Assembly (NCBI GenBank): GCA_002269645.1
Contig: NIVC01000239.1
Location: forward strand, 126,531-190,530
Source: Macrostomum lignano
Lineage: Eukaryota
DNA length: 64,000 nucleotides
Reading direction: 5' to 3'
In this document: piece by piece, positions 1 to 10,329 of the stretch
How positions within the stretch are numbered: position 1 is the first letter of the stretch
Layout: the number at the start of each line of letters is the position of its first letter
The notes under the pieces: model-generated
Seen by the model: the letters and a program-made list of their open reading frames with translations, nothing else
What the model was told of the DNA's origin: nothing
Databases searched by the model: none
Translations under genes and position numbers: made by a program

Positions 1-1436
1 CTTGCGCCGTTGACTGACACGCCCCACCAGGTTTCCTCCGCTTTGATCACGTGCACAGGCAGATCCGGAGAAAATATTTCGGTGGGATCTACTTTTAGGC
101 GGCCAAGGAGGATGCAGACTGCCCCGGTGAGCTTCTCCTCCGCGCTAACGTCTCCATTGTCGGCTTTCAAAATAATTGGTGTGCACAGCCGATGTCGTCG
201 AAAACTATCGCGCTTGTCCCAGATGCGAATTAGCGCTACACGAATGTTTTTGCCGATGTCAGTAGGACCATCTGGGAGATAATAATCGTTTTTCTCGTTG
301 GCATTATAAGCCTCGATCATTAGCCATGCTTCTTGCTCAATGACAGGTGCAAGAACTAATGGCTGATACAGCTCAATTTCCTCTGCGACGGTTAGGTTTT
401 GACAGCGAGCAATTCGCATCGTAAATGTGTCTCGCATGCGTTCAAGCACGGATGGCATGGAAACGTCAGGCTGGTGAAAAAACAGCAGACGAGCTGTCTC
501 GTGGGTCTCGGGGATGTTTTCACAGTCGGCAAAATTAAAATTACAACTTTTTGCTAGGCTCACAACTGACCCACACTCATCGGCGTCCTCATTTTGCCGT
601 CGTTTTTTAGACTTGGGATTCTGATTTTCATCAGGGTTGTCAGAGTCATCTGAGTTTTCAGAGTCATCATTGACGTCAGTGGCTGCCGAAGAATTAGCAG
701 CATCAGCTGTAGCGGCCTCGGCATGCCTTCGCTTCCTGCCATGCTTCATCCGCATTTGCTGCACAAGTGGGCTGCTGCAGGCTGGGACTATTTTAGACCT
801 GAACTCCTTCAATCGGCGACAGATCCTTTGACGCCAAAATGCTGTGCCATCAGCTGTTGCATCGCTCAGCGCTGGGTACGTCGTTATAATGGCCTTGCAA
901 ATGTCCTCTATTTGGCTGCACGTGAGATACGGGTCGTCGCAGTTCTTATAATTGTCGTAGACATCCTTAATAATATAGCGCAAAAAATTGTTGACGAAGG
1001 TTGCATTCGTTTTATACTTTGGCCCGACATCTGTGCTACTGCAGTTCTGGCGGACTTCTTGTAGACTTTTTGATAGTATGGGCATGGATGGAAGCGAGTA
1101 AACAGTTGGCCATTTTTTAAGCAACGGTCTTTCAGGATCTTGCGGCTCGCTTGCTGCTGCCATTTCTTGATTGTCAAAACTAATGTTGCTGCTATTGACT
1201 TCCCTTAAATTTTCTCGAATGGACTCCTCTGGCAGAAGAAAGATGATTTCAGACTTTTCTGCAGACAGAGTTGGCAAAAATTCGTCATCGTCGATGTCGT
1301 GTCCACCTGGTGTCACGAGATGAATTGAGGCAGAATATTCGATTCCCAGCTTTTCGCATCCTCGGATTTTCAATTCATGGAGAGTAGATGCACATACCAG
1401 CTTAAGCTGGGTTTTATCTTTGTTGCAGATTCGAAG
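1..1436 (-). CDS. Transposon accessory ORF (>=478 aa, runs off left edge): N-terminal CIDE-N-like domain followed by SAMD3-like region
   Basis: Manual translation found no stop from acceptor TTTATTTCAG|CTT (1437/1436) to base 1. Begins LRICNKDKTQLKLVCASTLHELKIRGCEKLGIEYSASIHLVTPGGHDIDDDEFLPTL; later WPTVYSLP...ICKAIITTYPAL...GTAFWRQRI and an acidic/basic linker. Absent from the ORF track because no stop lies in the window. Confidence 0.75.
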
Positions 1437-4159
1437 CTGAAATAAATATATGGGGTAATATTAAAGCAAATATGAAAAAGAAAAATGTTTTGTATTGTAT
1501 TGTATTGTTGTATTGTATTGTTTTGTATTGTATTGTTGTATTGTATTGTATTGTATTGTATTGTAGAAAAATGTAATGGTTTTGTATTTTGTCATTCTGT
1601 TTGATTGTCTTAGTCATGACAAAATATCCATGAGCCCTGTAGCACCCTCTCTCTCTCTCTCTCTCTTGCCCTGTTTGACAACATTTGCACACAACCAGAA
1701 GTAACTCTTTCAATGACAAAATCTACCTAGGCTGTCCCAATGGTCCCAATGATGCAACAAAGATATCCTTGAGAGCAGCATAAAGACACTACCTTGACAT
1801 TGACATGCATCAGATTACAGTTTGACGTGACATGTAAACAAGGATACAAATCAAACAAGAATCAACCCATTCCAATTACTCCAAGAAATGAGAAGCTTCA
1901 ATGTACACTATCAAGAATTTGTGCAAGAAGACATTCACCAAGGTGAGAAACCTTCTGGAATTCCTAGTATTTAACTGGATGCCTATACCCTATACAAGGA
2001 AATGAGATATCTAGCTTTAACTAGTAACTGCCATCAAGTCTACAAGCCCATTATAAAAATGTTTGTGCTATTATGATTGGCAACCTTTTTTGGTATCAAA
2101 TTTAGAGGAAGTTATCAAAGATAACAGACCATAAAAAGAATAAGAGATAATTTAATAAGAAAAGACAAAAATAAAAATAATTCAAAGCTATGCATATAGC
2201 TAGCTTAGCAAGCATCAAGCATGCCTTTCAGCTTTGGAACCTAGAGAGCATAATTATTTATTCAAGTGTCTGTCAGACTACCACATGGGAAATCTTCATA
2301 AAATGGACAATGCCAAAGACACTCAAGGTCAAGAAAAATGTCTATAAGTCATGGAGTCAAAATAGACTACTACATGACACTAATAAAATTATGTTTATTA
2401 TAAAATTGATCTCTACCTTAAATTCCTTAAGCCCTGTTAGTTCTATTTATGGGGTTTTTATTTTCATATAACATTGCAACAAAGGACTCAAGAAATCACT
2501 TGAGGAAAGACCAACTTAGCTAATTCTATAAACATTAAACTTTTTTGTCTAGATAAAAACTTCTATCAATTATCTTCCTCAAAAATAGGCATGAAATTTA
2601 AAGCAGCATATTGATTGCCATTAAATAATACCAATGGAATAGGTTTATGAAATAAATATTCCCCTGGAAAAACAAAGAGTGTTTCATCATTTTCAATAGT
2701 ACATAAGAAGCAGTTTTGGTTACAGAAAAATGTTGATTTAACTTTTTTCCCAATTATTACCCACCTATTAGAAACCTGCAAGATAGAGCTTACTAAAATG
2801 AATGACATAGTCTTTGGTGAATATATTGGTATAACATATCTTTTGCTTAGCATTGCAGCCTTATAGCAGAAGCCTTTATAAGTAAGTTCTTTTGTAGAGA
2901 AACAAAACTGTCCCAAATTATTAATATCAATATTTAACTTATCGGCTAGCTTTAACTGATCAGGAATAGAAAGAACATTCTCAAGCTTGATAGCTTCAGA
3001 TTTATTAAATTGAAGGTCAACATATAAAAAATGTTTCATAATCAATGCCTTCTTTACTTGAAATTTCTTGGATACTGAATAAGCTACATTAATAAAGTTC
3101 TTTGTATGTCTACTTATTTCTTTTATAACCTGGTGCTCTGCTTTAGATCTCATAGTCCATAGATAATAAAGCCCATTATAACAAGAATACATATCTACAT
3201 AATGACAAATATAATGCAATTTACATTTATACTTGGGATTATTATTTGTTAATTTATATATCACTTCAATTTGGGTTGCAATCAAATATCTAAAATAATC
3301 CTTGTTGGTATTTTCTAATGGCACTAGATTAAATAATATATCCGAAAATTGCCGATGATTTAAAAACAATTCCCAAACATGAGGATGATTATCAAAGCTT
3401 AAATTGTCAAACTTTTCACCAAAAATAAGACCAAAATATTGTAAAAGATGCATCATTTGGCTTGCTGTACATGACAAATGATAGTTTTGAATATGATACT
3501 TTGATATAGATGGGAAAGAAATATTTGGAATATAGGACACTTGCTTATTAATCCAATATACTAAAAATGAAATGTCTGTAGCTATGCGATAGATTTCAGA
3601 AAAAATGGCTCAACCGATTTTCTTCAAACTTGCACCATTTGAACAGAAATTTTCCTGGGACAGTACATGCATCTTGGCTAAGAAATTGCTCAATGTTAAA
3701 GGGATTAAATATTCGAAAAACATGCTTTTTTGCAAAGGTCAAGCCAAATTTTCGACTTGAAATGCATTGTAAGAATGCTAGAGAAAAAACTGACTGACTG
3801 AATTCCGATTGTGATAAAGATTGCATCACAACAAGTTGAAAACAGTGCCGAAGAAATGCACACACGACTTGATTGAAATTGCGTAACCATATTGCTAACT
3901 TAAATTGAGACTGATACTGGCTGACTGAGAAATTGATTATGTCATAACTTTTTACTCCGATTGACTTGCTGTAAGAATTGAATTATAAGGGCCACAATTC
4001 ATGTTCTCCAATTGAAAAGAGATAGCCCTGATGCGAACAGACTGGAATGCTAATGTAGCAACCTGGGTTCAAATCTTAGTAGTACAAAAAGATTTTTTTT
4101 ATTAAAACACCTTAAAAACACAACAAAACTGCTAAACATCAAAGAAGCGCAATGTCAAA

Positions 4160-5945
4160 CATAGAAGAGCCACCATGTCGAACATAAAAGAGCCACCATG
4201 TCAAACATAAAAGAGCCACCATGTCAAACATAAAAGAGCCACCATGTCAAACATAAAAGAGCCACCATGTCAAACATAAAAGAGCCACCATTTTGAACAT
4301 TAAAGAGCCACCATGTCAAACAATTAGAAGCCACCATGTCAAACATTAAAGAGCCACCATGTCGAACATTAAAGAGCCACCATGTCGAACATTAAAGAGC
4401 CACCATGTCAAACATAAAAGAGCCAACATATCAGACATTAAAAAGCGACCGTATCAAACATAAAAGAGTTACCATGTCAAACATAAAGAGCCACCATGTC
4501 AAACATTTAGGAGCCACCATGTCAAACATATATGTGACTTTATGTCAAACATTAAAGTGTTACCATTTCAAACCTTAAAAAGCCACTATGTCAAACATTA
4601 AAGAGCCACCATGTCTAACATAAAAGAGCCACCATGTAGAATATTAAAGAGCCACCATGTCAAACATTTAAGAGCCACCATGCCGAACATATATGTGACT
4701 TTATGTCAAACATTAAAGAGCCACCATGTCGAACATTAAAGTGCCACCATGTGTAACATAAAAGAGCTATATCATGAAGAACATCAAAAAGCCACCATGT
4801 TAAAAACTAAAGAGCCACCATGTGAAACATTTAAGAGCCACCATGTCAAACCTAAAAGAGCCACCATGTCGAACATAATAGAGCCACCATTTCAGACATT
4901 GAAGAGCCACTATTTCGAACATTAAAGAGCCACCATGTCAAACAATAGCCACCATGTCAAACATAAAAGAGCCAACATGTCAGACATTAAAAAGCCACTG
5001 TATCAAACATAAAAGAGTTACCATGTAGAACAAAAAAGAGCCACCATGTCGAACAAAAAAGAGCCACCATGAAGAACATTAAGGAGCCACCATTTTGAAC
5101 ATTAAAGAGCCACCATGTCGAACCTTAAAGAGCCACCATGTTAAACATAGAAGAGCCACCATATCAGATGTTAAAAAGAGCCACCATGTCGAACATATAT
5201 GTGACTTTATGTCAAACATATATTTGACTTTATGTCAAACATATATGTGACTTTATGTCAAACATTAAAGTGCCACCATATCGAACATTAAAGAGCCACC
5301 ATGTCTAACAGTAAAGAGCCACCATGTCGAACATTAAAGAACCACCATGTAGAACATTAAAGAGCCACCATGTCGAACATTAAAGAACCACCATGTCGAA
5401 CATTAAAGAGCCACCATGTCAAACCTAAAAGAGCCACCATGTCGAACATTAAAGAGCCACCATGTCAAACATAAATCTGGCATGATGTCAAACATTAAAG
5501 TGCCACCATATCACACATTAAAGAGCCACCATGTCTAACAGTAAAGAGCCACCATGTCGAACATTAAAGGGCCACCATGTAGAACATTAAAGAGCCACCA
5601 TGTCGAACATTAAAGAACCACCATGTCAAAAATTAAAGGACCACCATGTCGAACATTAAAGAGCCACCATGTCAAACATAGAAGAGCCACCATGTCTAAC
5701 ATTAAAGAGCCACTATGTCGAAAATTAAAGAGCCACCATGTCTAACATTAAAGAGCCACCATGTCGAACATTAAAGAGCCACCATGTAAAACATTAAAGA
5801 GCCACATTGTTAAACATAGAAGAGCCACCATGTCTAACATTAAAGAACTACCATGCCGAACATTAAAGAGCTACCATGTCTAACATTAAAAAGCCACCAT
5901 GTCTAACATTAAAGAGCCACCATGTCTAACAGTAAAAAGCCACCA
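4160..5945. repeat. ~23-bp minisatellite GAGCCACCATGTCGAACATTAAA inside the Helitron
   Basis: Direct tandem copies, roughly 75 units with variants. Confidence 0.95.
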
Positions 5946-5947
5946 TG

Positions 5948-6515
5948 TTGCCTGCTATCTGGGGGTGCTTGCTATCTGGGAGAGCCTGCTATCTGGGGGT
6001 GCTTGCTATCTGGTGGTGCTTTCTATCTGGGGGTGCTAGCTATCTGGTGGTGCTTGCTATCTGGGGGTGCTTGCTATCTGGGGTGCTTGCTATCTGGGGT
6101 GCTTGCTATCTGGGGGTGCCTGCTATCTGGGGGTGCTTGCTATCTGGGGGATGCTTGCTATCTGGGGGATGCTTGCTATCTGGGGGTGCCTGCTATCTGG
6201 GGGTGCCTGCTATCTGGGAGATGCTTGCTATCTGGGGGATGCTTGCTATCTGGGGGATGCTTGCTATCTGGGGGATGCTTGCTATCTGGGATGCTTGCTA
6301 TCTGGGGGATGCTTGCTATCTGGGGGATGCTTGCTATCTGGAGGATGCTTGCTTTTTGGGGGATGCTTGCTATCTGGGGGATGCTTGCTATCTAGGGGAT
6401 GCTTGCTATCTGGGATGCTTGCTATCTGGGTGATGCTTGCTATCTGGGGGGAGCCTGCTATCTGGGGGGATGCTTGCTATCTGGAGGTGCTTGCTATCTG
6501 GGGGGATGCTTGCTG
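5948..6515. repeat. ~18-bp minisatellite GGGGGATGCTTGCTATCT inside the Helitron
   Basis: Direct tandem copies; source of spurious GDACYL ORFs. Confidence 0.95.
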
Positions 6516-7015
6516 TCTTAGGATGTTTTCTTTTTGCATTGCACTTCATCTGAGCAGTTTTCTATTGACTATGTGAAGGCTTTGTTTGGCCATCTTATTG
6601 ATACTTGTAGAGAACAGAGATTCTATCTAGATGTCCCCCATCGGGGGGCGAAGATTGCTAGTAAATTCTATATTTTCACCCAATGTTTTTATTAGATACT
6701 CAAAAACTAGACAAACAACAAGATGAGACATACCTTCTAATATATCATGCATAATATCTGGTGCAAAAAAAGAGGAAGATTAATATACATTATATTAAAT
6801 AATATAGATTGGTTAGATACAAAGCCATTGGCATTACATTGATTTCTAGATGATTCAATAATTGATAAATGAGTTCGCATATCAAATTTAAATAAGCAGC
6901 CCAAGTCTTCCAAATTTACTTCACATAATTGATTATATTTTTAAGACAATATTTACATATATAGCCACTTGAAAAACATTTTTGTAAACCTAATAGACCA
7001 TGCATTGACAAATTA

Positions 7016-8333
7016 CGAGGGGTGATCAAAAAGTTCTGCAACCTTTTGTTATAGCTTTTAGTTATAGAATCAGCAAAAGCCAAAAACTTACACATATGCG
7101 GCTATATCTGTTTGCTATATTTATATGCATTTTTGGCTTCCAAATGTGCTCCAGTAAAATTTCACAGCCATATATTTTCCATGTGTTTTCAGTAGCTGAT
7201 GGAAACATCAAAAGACAGTGTTCGCTTCTATATCTTTATGTGCATGCAACTTGGTTGCAAAGTGACAGAGATTCACACCATGTTTTGTGAATGTTTTAGC
7301 TGACTCTGCTCCATCATTTGACACAGTTGCCTGCTGGCTGCGCCATTTCTTGGAAGGCTGGGACAGCTTCAACGATGAACCAAGGTCTGGCCGACCCCGG
7401 ACATCCGTGACCGAAGATGTCGTGGCCCATGCCGATGCAATAATTCATGAGGATTGGAGCTTTTTGCTAAGATTCATTGCCTATGAGCTTGGTGTCAGCT
7501 ATGGAAGTGCTCATAACATCATGCATGAGCAACTAGGCCGCACAAAGACCTGCGCTCGGTGGGTACCCCATCTTCTCACTCCGGAGCAGCAAGCAGAGAG
7601 GGTGCGCATCTGTCGCTTGTGGCTGCAAATGTTTGAGCCCCACGGCCCACGACAACTGTCAGATGTCATCACAGGAGACAAATGTTGTATCTCCTTCTTT
7701 ACCATGAGGGATAAGCAGTCCAACATGGTCTGGCTGGCAGAAGATGAGCCAAGGCCTGAGGTGCTGAAGACCGGATTCCGCAGTTGGAAGCGGATGTTCA
7801 CCATTTTTTTCAACTCTCAGGGTGTTGTATCGGTGAACATCCTTCCAGCGGGTGCCACAGTGACTGCCAGGTACTACACAGACACTGTTCTGCCAGGCGT
7901 GCTGCAGGAGCGGCAGGAACGTGCGCGAACCAGGCATGGACCTCGACTCCTGCTGCACCATGACAATGCGGCACCGCACAGAGCGGCATCAACCATGGCG
8001 TACCTGGAGCAGCAGGGGGTCCGGCTGCTGCCCCATCCACCCTACTCTCTAGACCTAGCACCTTCCGACTTTTGGCTGTTCCGAGGATCAAATCCGTCGT
8101 TTCTGGGAGGCCGTTTTCACGCATGCAAGACCTTGCCCAAGCGGTACATTCAGCTCTACAGGGTATACCAACTTTGGAGTACCATGACTGCTTTCAGACA
8201 TGGTGCACACGGATGCGACGGTGCATAGATAGTGGTGGAAAGTACTTTAAGGGAATGTGACACTGATTAGACGCCTCGGCTGCTGCAGCACAGAGTTGTG
8301 AGGTCACTTGCAGAACTTTTTGATCACCCCTCG
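7016..8333 (+). mobile_element. Full-length mariner (Tc1/mariner) transposon, 1318 bp
   Basis: Perfect 26-bp TIR CGAGGGGTGATCAAAAAGTTCTGCAA (7016-7041 / 8308-8333); TA TSD at 7014-7015 and 8334-8335. Confidence 0.96.
7199..8260 (+). pseudogene. Mariner transposase (D,D34D) with two frameshifts (~7285 and ~8082)
   Basis: METSKDSVRFYIF... from ATG 7199; then WVPHLLT, ITGD, HHDNAAPH, PYSLDLAPSDFWLF; C-terminus ...RCIDSGGKYF in a shifted frame ending at 8260. Confidence 0.9.
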
Positions 8334-10329
8334 TATCTCCAGTAAAAAAGCATGCAATGACAGGTAACTTGATAGTTAAGCTAATTTTTACTTCATTTAA
8401 GTATAAATCATTTAATTCCTTAACCAATGGTGCTAAAAAAAAGTTAATACCTGCCTTTTTGACCATATTGTCAGTACAAACTAAATTTAGGAAACAGAGA
8501 CTAGTTGATGAATTCCAAGATTCAGAAATATTAAGAATAGTAAAATAAATAACATACAATTTATGCTTAGTCTTTGCTGAACCAATAGGATTGCAAACTT
8601 CTATTTCATCAGAATATAATTTTAAATAAATTGCATGATCAGATAATGGTAAAATATAGTTTAAATAATATGAAGACTTAAAGAATGGATTGTTATTTTG
8701 ATTTGGTGGCAATAGTAAACAATCTAAAATATATTCATTATTTGATATACTTTCAATAGTTTCCTTAATAGACACATATTGAAACTTGACCTTTAAATTA
8801 GAATCAACAAATTCAATAGGCTGAACTAAATTATATTGATTTAGAAGAATTTCTAATAATTTTCTATCACTTAATAAATGCTCAATACTTATGTCTATCA
8901 TTTCTTCAATATTTAATACTTCAAGGCTTCTATGTGAGGCTAAGGATGGAAAATGTTCATTCAAATATTGTTTAAAAAGTTGCAAATAACTATTTGCAAA
9001 ATCAGATAATAACTCTTTTACTAACTGTCCTATTTGCATAGCTTTATACTTTGGAACCAATAAGAAATCTTTAGTTTTTATATAAAAATGTACAAAACTT
9101 TCTGCCAACTGGACTCTTAAGTTTTCCCTACATATCTCACTAGTTTGGTCTTTTTGAATTTGACTAGGCCTATTTCTATTTTCATCTATTATAGTATTCA
9201 GCAAATGAATAGGATGGTCAGAATTATTTGCTTCACCTGATTCACTAGGGTCTTCTCTTTCCTCATTGACATTAGTACTAGTAGAAGGAATATTTAATTT
9301 TAAGTGCTTCCTACGAGCATGCTGCCTAAGTGCCTCTATAGTACTACAGCAATGAAAGCAATCTTTTACTGGGCATACAAAAGAAGACTGACCAAAAGAG
9401 TGGTATTTCTTAACATGGCTAATACATGCTAAAACATTGGGACATGAAAAATTACATATTTTACGAAGAAGCATGCACTTGTAAATTCAAATAGGCCTAG
9501 GTTAGTAAAAAGCCTTATGGACAATAGGTCTTGAAATTAAGGACCTTAAAGTAATAAAATTATAGCTTGGATCAAGCCAAGCAATTTAAGCAATTGGATA
9601 GGAACAGGAAGGCAAGCAATAGGAAAGCAAGTTAACGTTTCAAAGAGGGTGCATTAACTGAGAAAGAAAGATACACTGATGAGTGATGACTATTCATGCA
9701 CTGCCACAAGCTATAATATCAAAAGCTATCGAGTTTTGTATCGAGTATTGTAACTTTGTTCAGCCCATTTCATGCAATTTTAAACTTAAAAAGCTTAAAC
9801 AAAAAAAGTATATTAGTAAGTTAGGTGAGAAAACTATTTTATTCTTTTATACATTTCATGAGTTTTCATAATTTTTGCTGCTAGCAAATTTTGTAGCGCC
9901 TTTAATTGTGTTGCTGGAAAGAACGGATGCTAAAATGTATGGCTCGGTCTTGGATTCAGGGAATGTACAGATTGCCCTCGCACAAAAGTATTTGTTTTCT
10001 GAAAAGGTTCATCCAACTTAATTTCATTAACCCTTCAATTTCTAGGACTAAAGAAACCATTTTTGCAATTTCCTGTTTTGGACCTCATCTGACCAAGAGG
10101 TCCGATTATTACATTCGGACCTTTCATGGACCTCTTTGCATAACAGTGCAGAGAAAGAGAGCCATTTTGTGTCCTAGGAATGACATTTGACTTTAGATTT
10201 AAGAAATGCATGCGAAAAATAGTTTCGGGGGTTGGAATTTTGCGGGTTAAAAATCTGCGGGTTTTTTATTTATCTGCCATTTCGCCTGCTTAAATTAACT
10301 GTTTAAATTTTATTTTCAATCAAAACTAG

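Larger units (their letters stand above)
3552..6661 (+). mobile_element. Non-autonomous Helitron carrying two minisatellites
   Basis: 5' A|TC (3551/3552), 3' CTAG|T (6658-6661/6662), no TSD, hairpin GTCCCCC-ATC-GGGGGGC (6633-6649) 8 nt before CTAG. Excision rejoins the transposase in frame (GENIEF-INKQVSYI). Confidence 0.88.
2566..9474 (-). pseudogene. CACTA/EnSpm-type transposase interrupted by two insertions (pieces 9474-8334, 7013-6662, 3551-2566)
   Basis: N-terminal C2H2-like fingers; YSDEIEVCNPIGSAKTKHKL; after removing the mariner FFTGDNLSMHGLLGLQKCFSSGYICKYC; FAPDIMHDILEG; KLHYICHY...WTMRSKAEHQVIK...KNFINVAYSVSKKFQ. Two extra frameshifts in A/T runs between ~6760 and ~6950. Confidence 0.88.
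1..10148 (-). mobile_element. CACTA/EnSpm (CMC)-type DNA transposon, left end outside window, carrying nested mariner and Helitron insertions
   Basis: Transposase fragments plus a co-oriented second ORF. Candidate terminus reads CACTGTTATGC on the minus strand from 10148, with clustered GGACC/GGTCC motifs at 10080-10132. The partner TIR is not in the window, so the end is provisional. Confidence 0.7.

Noticed and set aside
1730-2500. Possible retroelement remnant or ORF 2190..2471
   Set aside because: No recognisable RT, integrase or endonuclease motif; many stops
4020-4085. tRNA-like B box (GGTTCAAATC) inside the Helitron
   Set aside because: No cloverleaf; at most a SINE fragment
5922-6576. 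Long ORFs made of repeats (also 16727, 19888, 34056, 40317, 47929, 53472, 55268, 57362, 61758)
   Set aside because: Frames stay open only because the repeat units lack stops; most lie in introns or TEs
8194-8333. C-terminus of the ORF-track protein 8194..9474
   Set aside because: Read-through into the mariner TIR; the true continuation is at 7013
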